Below, one piece after another: positions 54,823 through 64,000 of a DNA stretch of 64,000 nt. The position numbers and the translations under genes are program-made. The notes beneath the pieces were generated by a model. That model had not been told where the DNA came from and searched no databases. It saw only the letters and a program-made list of their open reading frames with translations. Source of the stretch: the human T2T-CHM13v2.0 reference genome, Homo sapiens. The stretch is from assembly GCF_009914755.1 (NCBI RefSeq), contig NC_060941.1; one strand, 5' to 3'. How positions within the stretch are numbered: position 1 is the first letter of the stretch; every line of letters starts with the position of its first letter.

Positions 54823-55511
54823 ACAACACTTTGGGAGGCCAAGGCAGGAGGAGCACTTGAGGTCACGAGTTTGAGACCAGCCTGGGCAACACAACAAGAC
54901 TTCATCTCTAAAATAAATAAATGAAAAGACAAAGAAACCACCCAAATTCTAGGAGGCCACAGAGTGAGAACCCCTCCAGTTACCTCCACCAGAAAATGGG
55001 CCTGGGAAGCATGTTTGCACTGTCTCCTGCGGTCCCTCCCAGGCACGCCCATGTGGTGGATCCTGATCATGTGTTGTACCCTTGAGGAAATGGAGTCTGC
55101 GAAAGTGAATTTCTGGCCTTCCCATCCTGAAGATGAGAGACCCTTGATGTGGAACGTTCCCCAAACAGAGGGTGGCTGTTCACTAGGTGCTGGGAGGCCA
55201 CTGGAGTGTGACAGAGGCCCTGTCGGCAGCCACCAGGAAGCACAACCAGAAACAGAAACTCAGTGCATTTCCCTTAGTGTTGGTGTCAGAGTCTAATTTT
55301 CAAAATGTTAAAAACATAATCCTCATAAAAACGAGTAGTGAGCATGGCATGAAAATTGTGTTTAACTCATTAGTGAGGGAACCAGCAGGAAGACATAGAC
55401 AAGACAAAAGACGATATGAGGAAAAGGGAATTTTATAATCAGTAATGGGAAACGGAATACTGAGATAATATTTGCTCATCAGCTGGAAAATGTTAATGCT
55501 CCACCACAATC

Positions 55512-55657
55512 CTTCTCAAACCAGAGCACACAACAGAAGAAGCTTGGGGTGCCTGGCTGCACCCCGAGTTTGTGATTTTGTAGGTCCAGAGCGGGGCCTG
55601 AGAATCCACATTCCCAAGTGCTGCTGCTGGCCCAGCACCACGCTCTGAGAATCATAT
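55512..55657. mobile_element. MER5A-like DNA transposon
   Basis: ttctcaaac...ggggcctgagaatccacatt...ctctgagaatca. Confidence 0.55.
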
Positions 55658-55882
55658 TCTCCAGGGAAATGCAGCTCTGGAGTGGGCTTTTCTGCTGGTG
55701 ACAAAGGAAAATCACTGCACCTTATTGGTTGTCTGCTCATTAATCTTTAAGTTTAGAGAGTTGTAAATGTCTGGGTTCTAATCAGGAGTAAATGGTAGGC
55801 TAGGCAGAGGCATATCCCTCAAAGCTGTAATGTCTAGCAGGAAATTAAAAATCAGTTTACCTTATTTTCAAGCTTTGGATAA

Positions 55883-56038
<156 letters not shown>

Positions 56039-56329
56039 TGAGTAGCTGGAATTACAGGTGTGTGCCACCACACCTGGCTAATTTTGGTATTTTTAGTAGA
56101 GACGGGGTTTCACCATGTTGGCCAGGAAGCTCTCAAACTCCTGACGTCACGATCTGCCCACCTCGGCCTCCCAAAGTGCTGGGATTACAGGCGTGAGCCA
56201 CTGTGCCCAGCCCACAAATGTCTTAATAGATTATTTATTTTGCATTAATTCCTCCAAACTGCCAAAGCAGAGATTGCCATATATCATGTTGGGTAATATT
56301 TTCCACTAAGAAGAAGGAAAAAAGAGTAG

Positions 56330-56572
<243 letters not shown>

Positions 56573-57557
56573 TAGAGACAGAGTTTCACCATTTTAATCA
56601 GGCTAGTCTCAAACTCTTGACTTCAGGTGATCTGCCTGCCTCGGCCTCCCAAAGTGTGTGGATTACAGGCGTGAGCCACTGCGCCCGGCCTCTTTGTAGG
56701 TGTTAAAGGGCTTTTCCACATCTGATCTCTTGTGACCCTTGCCATAATCCTGTGAGGTGTGTGCTTTCATCCCATTCTTGTGGACAGGTAAACGGAGCCT
56801 CTGGGAACTCAAATCACCTCCCCAAGGTGACAGTGGATACAAGCATCAGAGGGTATCGTCCCCACAGAATGCAGGAGACTACATCCTGAAGTCAGTGGAA
56901 TGTGGGCTTTGGCCACAGTCCTTGTCTCAGTCTCATTCATCTTCATCATTTGGTTGTTTTGCTCCTAATTCATCTTTACTTAATGAGAGAACCTTGCATA
57001 TTCACTCAATGAAAGGCCCTAGCACACGAGGGCCTGTTGAAATAGTTTGGCTATTAGAATTCTCCTCTGTATAAAAGAAAGCACAGAAGACATAATTTCT
57101 AAAATAGCTAGGAATATGGAATACATGCCTCTAAGGGGACAAAGTAAAGCATCTTGTGTCACGATTAAAGTCAGAAAGTGGCTGGACATGGCTTCAGGCC
57201 CTGTAGTAATTATTAAAGGCTAATGCCTGTAATCCCAGCACTTTGGGAGGCTGAGGAGGGCGGATCACTTAAGGTCAGGAGTTCGAGACTAGCCTGGCCA
57301 ACATGGCGAAACCCCGTCTCTACTAAAAATACAAAAATTAGCCAGGCATGGTGGTGCATGGCTGTAAGTCCAGCTATTCAGGAGGCTGAGGCATGAGAAT
57401 AGTTTGAACCCAGTAAGCAGAGGTTGCAGTGAGCCAAGATCACGCCACTGCATCCCTGCTTGGGCAACAGAGCGAGACTTAGTCTCAAAATTGCGCCACT
57501 GCACCCCAGCCTGGGTGACAGAGCAAGACTTAATAAAAAAATAAATAAATAAATAAA

Positions 57558-58080
<523 letters not shown>

Positions 58081-58092
58081 CATGAGTCATAC

Positions 58093-58533
58093 TGCAGCAG
58101 GAAGAGACACAGACAAAACCCCTCAGACACCGAGTTAAAGAAGGAAGGGGTTTATTCAGCCAGGAGCATTGACAAGACTCCTATCTCAAGAGCTGAGCTC
58201 TCTGAGTGAGCAATTCCTGTCCCTTTTAAGGGCTCACAACTCTAAGGGGGTCCGCGTGAGAGGGTCGTGATCGATTGAGCAAGCAGGGGGTACGTGACTG
58301 GGGGCTGCATACACCGGTAATTAGAATGGAACAGAACAGGACAGGGGTCTTCACAGTGCTTTTTTATGCAAATAACCGATTAGGTCAGGGGTCCATCTGT
58401 AACTACCAGGCCCACGGTGTGGCGCCAGGCTGTCTGCTTGTGGATTTCATTTTTGCCTTTCAGTTTTTACTTCGTCTTTCTTTGGAGGCAAAAATTGGGC
58501 ATAAGACAATATGAGGGGTGGTCTCCTCCCTTA
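58093..58533 (-). mobile_element. LTR2-family (HERV-E/Harlequin) solo LTR
   Basis: Minus strand begins TAAGGGAGGAGACCACCCCTCATATTGTCTTATGCCCAAT and ends TGCTGCA; perfect 4-bp TSD ATAC (58089-58092 / 58534-58537); TATA-like CTTAAAAG and AATAAA present. Confidence 0.85.
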
Positions 58534-59955
58534 ATACATTTGTCCCAATCATCACATGCACCACACGATGCAGAAGTCCATGGACACAAGCTGGGAGGAA
58601 TCCTATGGACACCAGCATCCTCCTCAGCACCGTGACAGCATGGACTGAGCGAGCACTGTGTGCCAGGCATCATGTCGGGTGTGCGAGATGCAGCATTCCA
58701 CAGGTCGGGGGGCGGTCATTAACCCCACTTTACAGACGAGGAGATCTGGACCAGGCAAATCAGACAACCTGTCCAAGCTCATACAATGTCACATCCCCAA
58801 CACCAGTTCTTCCCAGTGTGCCTGCTGCTCTGCCACACAGTGGGCCAGAGATGGGTTCTTTCTGATTTTCATACTTCCTGTTAATGTCATATTTGTCTCA
58901 TAATAAAGATAAACTGCCTATGGAAGGTAACCCCAAAAGCCTCAGGCAAGACAGGGAGGGGAGCTGAGTAGCTGCCTCCTAACCCAGGAGTAGGGAAAGC
59001 ATCTGTCAAGGCCAAACTTGGCCAACTTCACACTTCCCGGGGCTCTAGCACCAGAGTTGTCCATACTGGGGGCTTTGGAGGGGCCAAGAAGTCAGATCCC
59101 CAGAAATTTCCAGCCCCCTTCTGCCAGGCATTCTCAATATGTGCTTGACACTTGGCTATTCAGACACTGAAAGTCTTGCTCTGTGAGGAGCAAGAACCAG
59201 ACAGCACGCCACTCCTTGGTGTTTTCAAGGCACCAGTGGCCTCAGATGTGCCACCAGGGTGAGGGGGCAGCTCTTACTCTCTTCTGCCAGGGAACCACAG
59301 AGGTAAAGCCCTACATTGGGTGCCTTGCTCTCTGGCATCAGGATGCCTGAGGCCCAAGGGTGATGGCAGCTGAACAGATGCATGCTGTGTCATGAGTTTC
59401 CAGGGTCTACCCAGCTCGGGGCGGCTTTGTGGTGCAGAGGAGAGAGGAGGGAGAGGTCTGGCCACCAGTCTTAGGCCAGATGACTCAGCTGATCTCCAGA
59501 ATGGAGATGGAGCACTTGGCTTTCATTTCTATCCTCCAGATGTGCCTTGCAGGTCACAGATTTTTCCTGTTCACATGATAAAGGGCTCTGTTTTCCATTC
59601 TCCCTTGGTTGCACCCTCCTCTGCACCCAGATGGCACCCCAGCAGATTAAGGAGCTGGCAGGACAGTAAGCAGAGCCGGCCACAGAGTGGAGGGGCTCGC
59701 AGAGCATGCGGGAGGCTCTCCCTGCAGGTGTCTGTGTTGCCCACCAGCTAATCCCAGTGCATCTTGAAATAGATCCAGCACCCTCGCTGCTGCCATGCTG
59801 GGCCAAGCCACCTTTATCTGTTACCTAGATGACTACTCTAAAACCTAACAGATCTCCTTCCCTTTCTCTTCTTCACTTCAGCCACGTCCTGTCCCCTCCC
59901 TGTTCAGAACCCTGCAATGTCCCCTACCTCACTCAGCATCAAAGCAAAGTCCTTA

Positions 59956-60670
<715 letters not shown>

Positions 60671-60823
60671 TTTTAAAGTATTGCATTAAAATTATAAAAA
60701 GTGGGGCGGGGCGCGGTGGCTCACGCTTGTAATCCCAGCACTTTGTAAGGCCGAGGTGGGCAGATCACGAGGTCAGGAGTTCGAGACCAGCCTGGCCAAC
60801 ATGGTGAAACCCTGTCTCTACTA

Positions 60824-61009
<186 letters not shown>

Positions 61010-61046
61010 TTAAAATGATAAACATATTATGTTTTGCATATTTTAC

Positions 61047-61049
<3 letters not shown>

Positions 61050-61094
<45 letters not shown>
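61050..61094. repeat. (CA)n microsatellite
   Basis: About 22 CA units. Confidence 0.95.
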
Positions 61095-61095
<1 letters not shown>

Positions 61096-61475
61096 CCCAG
61101 GCCCTTACAACCAGCCATTCCTCCATGGCCATCTCCTCCACTGTCCCCTTTCTGGTCCACTCCAGCCACACTCCCACTCCTTCCAGCTCCTCCAAAACAC
61201 CAGGAACATTCCTGCCCCAGGACCTTTGCACCTGATGCCTGTGGTCTGGAAGGCTCTTCCCTGGATACAGCATGCTCCCTTGCCAAGTTGCTCAAAGGTC
61301 CCTTTCTCGGTGAGCTCTTCTTGACCATCCTATTAAACTTGCACCACCTCCTTATTCAGCATTCAAATTCCCTTTAACCTGCTTTCTATTTGTCCACATT
61401 AAATTACTTTTATCATGTTTGTTTTCTCTCTCCCTTTATAGGCAGGTACCTGCCCCTCAGTAAATACTTGTAACT
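61095..61475 (+). mobile_element. L2 fragment (another at ~37180-37480)
   Basis: cactccagccacact...cctgccccaggacctttgcacctg...ctcagtaaatacttg. Confidence 0.6.
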
Positions 61476-62138
61476 GCTTCCCCTTTACCCCCTCACATGG
61501 TTCTCTCTGCCCTAGGAGCTCTCCCGGCTTTCATACATTTATTTCTTCTTATCCATCACGAAGTCCTGATCATTCCTCCCCCAGAGAATATCTACTTCCT
61601 TTCCTCTCCACATCCATTGCCAGGTCCACAGACAGTGACCCTGCCTCCTCCTCTGGTCCCCTGAATCCAGAGTCATCTTTTCTCTTGTGGTTTTTTTTTT
61701 TTTTGAGGTAGGGTCTTGCTCTGTTGCCCAGGCTGGAATCAGTGGCCTGATCGCAGCTCACTGCAGTCTCAAACTCCCAGGTTCCAGTGGTCCTTCTACT
61801 TCAGCCTCCTAAGAATCTGGGACTACACAATGTGTGCCACCATGCCCAGCTAATCTTTTTTTTTTTTTTTTTTTGGTAGAGTTCTAGAGATAGGGTCTTG
61901 TTATGTTGCCCAGGCTAATCTCAAACTCCTGGCCTCAACGATCCTCCCGCCTCGGCCTCCCAAACCGCTGGGATAACAGGTGTGAGCCACTGCCCCCAGC
62001 ATCATTTCATTTCACTTAGTTAAATGTTAGATGTTAATATTTCTGCTTCCTTTTTGAGGAAGGAGTTCAGACAGCAGGATTGGTAAGGGGCGGAGCAAAA
62101 GTTCTCCCCCAGTTCCTGGAATTCCAAAGCCCTCCAAA

Positions 62139-62567
62139 GTGGCAGGCTGAATAATGGTTACGGAAGGACCACATCCTAATCCCCAGGACCTGTGGATTAC
62201 AGGCGTGAGCCACTGTGCCTGTATGGGAGATGACCCTGGACCAACCAGGTGGGTTCAATGTAATCACAGGGCCTCATAAGAGGGGGGCAGGAGGAGCAGC
62301 AGCAGGAGACGTGACAACAGAGGGGATGTAGTGACGTGAGAATAGGGCTTGGTCAGGAACACAGGTGGCCACTGGAAGCTGAAAGACACAAGGACACTTG
62401 TTCTCCCCTCGAGCCTCTGGAAGGAACCAGCTCTGCCCACACCCTGACTTTTGTCCTGTGAAGCTTATTTCAGGCTTCTGACTTCCAGAAACATTCTCCT
62501 GAGATCAAATGTGTTAAGCCACTAAGCTTGTGGTAGTTTGTTACAGCAGCCACAGGAAACGATCACA
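62139..62567 (+). mobile_element. MLT1-type MaLR LTR
   Basis: 5' ggcaggctgaataatg and 3' taagccactaagcttgtggtagtttgttacagcagccacaggaaac are typical MLT1 ends. Confidence 0.8.
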
Positions 62568-64000
62568 TGTTCCTTCTGGACCAGCCAGCCAACAGAAGGC
62601 CAGGTGGGACCCCGCAGAGACACTAGCCAGATGGACTAGCCACCAAATGCAAGGGAGCAAGGGCACCCGGCGGTTGTTCACCAACTCTTTGTCATTTTGT
62701 TCCCTCGAGAGTGACTGACTGCAAATGACCAAGAGAAGCAAACAGAATGAATGAATTCGGGAGGCTACGAGTGGGCCTGGGTGATGCTTTTGGGCAAGGC
62801 CCTGGAATAAGACCCAAGGGCACAGACCGCCCACAGCCTGGTCATGGGGCCCCAGGAGGGGAGGAGGGAGTGGCTGTGTGCATGAGGACAGCAAATGCGC
62901 TGTGTTGCTAATGCCACGGGTCAGGACCAAGAACATGGACGGCAGCCACTGCAGGGCTGGGGTGGGAAAGGCCTCCAGAGAGGGCTTCGAGAAGGGCCTC
63001 AGGACACAGATCTCTTCTTGGCTGTGCTAGGCCCTCAACTCCTGGGCTGGGAAAATCTCTTCCCTTGTCTGGGCCTCCTATGAAACAAGGGGGTTGACGA
63101 GTGAGCCCTCTAAGCCTCCAGGTCAAACCCAAATTCAAAATGTTGCAGCAGAGGGCATTAGATCAATTGGGTTAACATCAATACAAACCTTTGATCCCAA
63201 ACCTAGAGTTGTAGTTTTAGATAAATGTATTTTGCATTCTTAGTCTCTAGAGGGGAAATGCTGTTCCCTATCTGCTTCAGGTGTAACTGACAATGATAAT
63301 AATAATACTTCTTCCCCACAAGTTTTAAGTCCAATAAATGTAATACTAATTACTATTACTGTGATTGGTAATGATAATGAGAAGGAAGCAGAAGACAGGC
63401 TAACTATGTGCCACATCCCATGCTGAGCACTTTGCAGATTTTTTTTTTTAAACGGAGTCTCTCTCTGTTGCCCAGGCTGGATGGAGTGCAGTGGCAGTGA
63501 TCTCAGCTCACTGCAAGCTCCGCCTCCCGGGTTCACACCATTCTCCTGCCTCAGCCTCCCAAGTAGCTGGGACTACAGGCACCCGCCACCACGCTGGGCT
63601 AACTTTTTGCATTTTTAGTAGAGATGGGGTTTCACCATGTTAGCCAGGATGGTCTCGATCTCCTGCCCTCATGATCCACCCACCCCAGCCTCCCAAAGTG
63701 CTGGGATTATAGGCGTAAGCCACCACGCCCAGCCATTTTATTTATTTTTTATTATTATTTTTTGTTTGAGATGGAGTCTCCCTCTGTTATCAGGCTGGAC
63801 TGCAGTGGCACGATTTCGGCTCACTGCAACCTCCGACTCCCGGTTCAAGCAATTATCCTGCCTCAGCCTCCCAAATAGCTGTGATTACAGGCGCGCACTA
63901 CCATGCCCAGCTAATTTTTGTATTTTTAGTAGAGACAGTGTTTCACCACGTTGGCCAGTACGGTCTCAGTCTTTTCACCTCATGATCCACCTGTCTCGGC

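Noticed and set aside
52647-55070. Multiple 100-197 aa ORFs
   Set aside because: They lie in the GC-rich MER52-like LTR and show no gag, pol or env motifs.

Overview
This is primate, almost certainly human, genomic DNA: it is Alu-dense and carries a spliced gene. The left 36.6 kb holds coding exons 1-9 of USP22 on the minus strand (SAGA deubiquitinase, human 17p11.2 from recall). I reconstructed all nine exons with GT-AG boundaries and consistent phases, giving 1230 nt or 410 codons; the remaining exons lie left of the window. A CpG-island promoter at ~34.6-36.6 kb includes an upstream alternative coding first exon. The right 27 kb is repeat-rich upstream DNA with Alus, old L1/L2/MIR copies, DNA transposons and solo LTRs (MER52-like, LTR2/HERV-E-like, MLT1). 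I see no CRISPR array, operon, RNA gene or foreign insert, and nearly all ORF-track entries are repeat-derived noise. The best unexplained leads are: (1) a candidate 63-nt poison exon in intron 3 whose two splice sites are perfect reverse complements and could pair; (2) an in-frame CUG in strong Kozak context upstream of a weak annotated ATG; (3) an alternative first exon whose ATG lies in the end of a MER33-like transposon; (4) an Alu whose target-site duplication encloses ~250 extra bases; (5) a 48-bp x8 minisatellite; (6) a solo HERV-E-type LTR pointing at USP22. Repeat family names come from recalled consensus sequences and repeat boundaries are approximate. All need RepeatMasker/Dfam confirmation.
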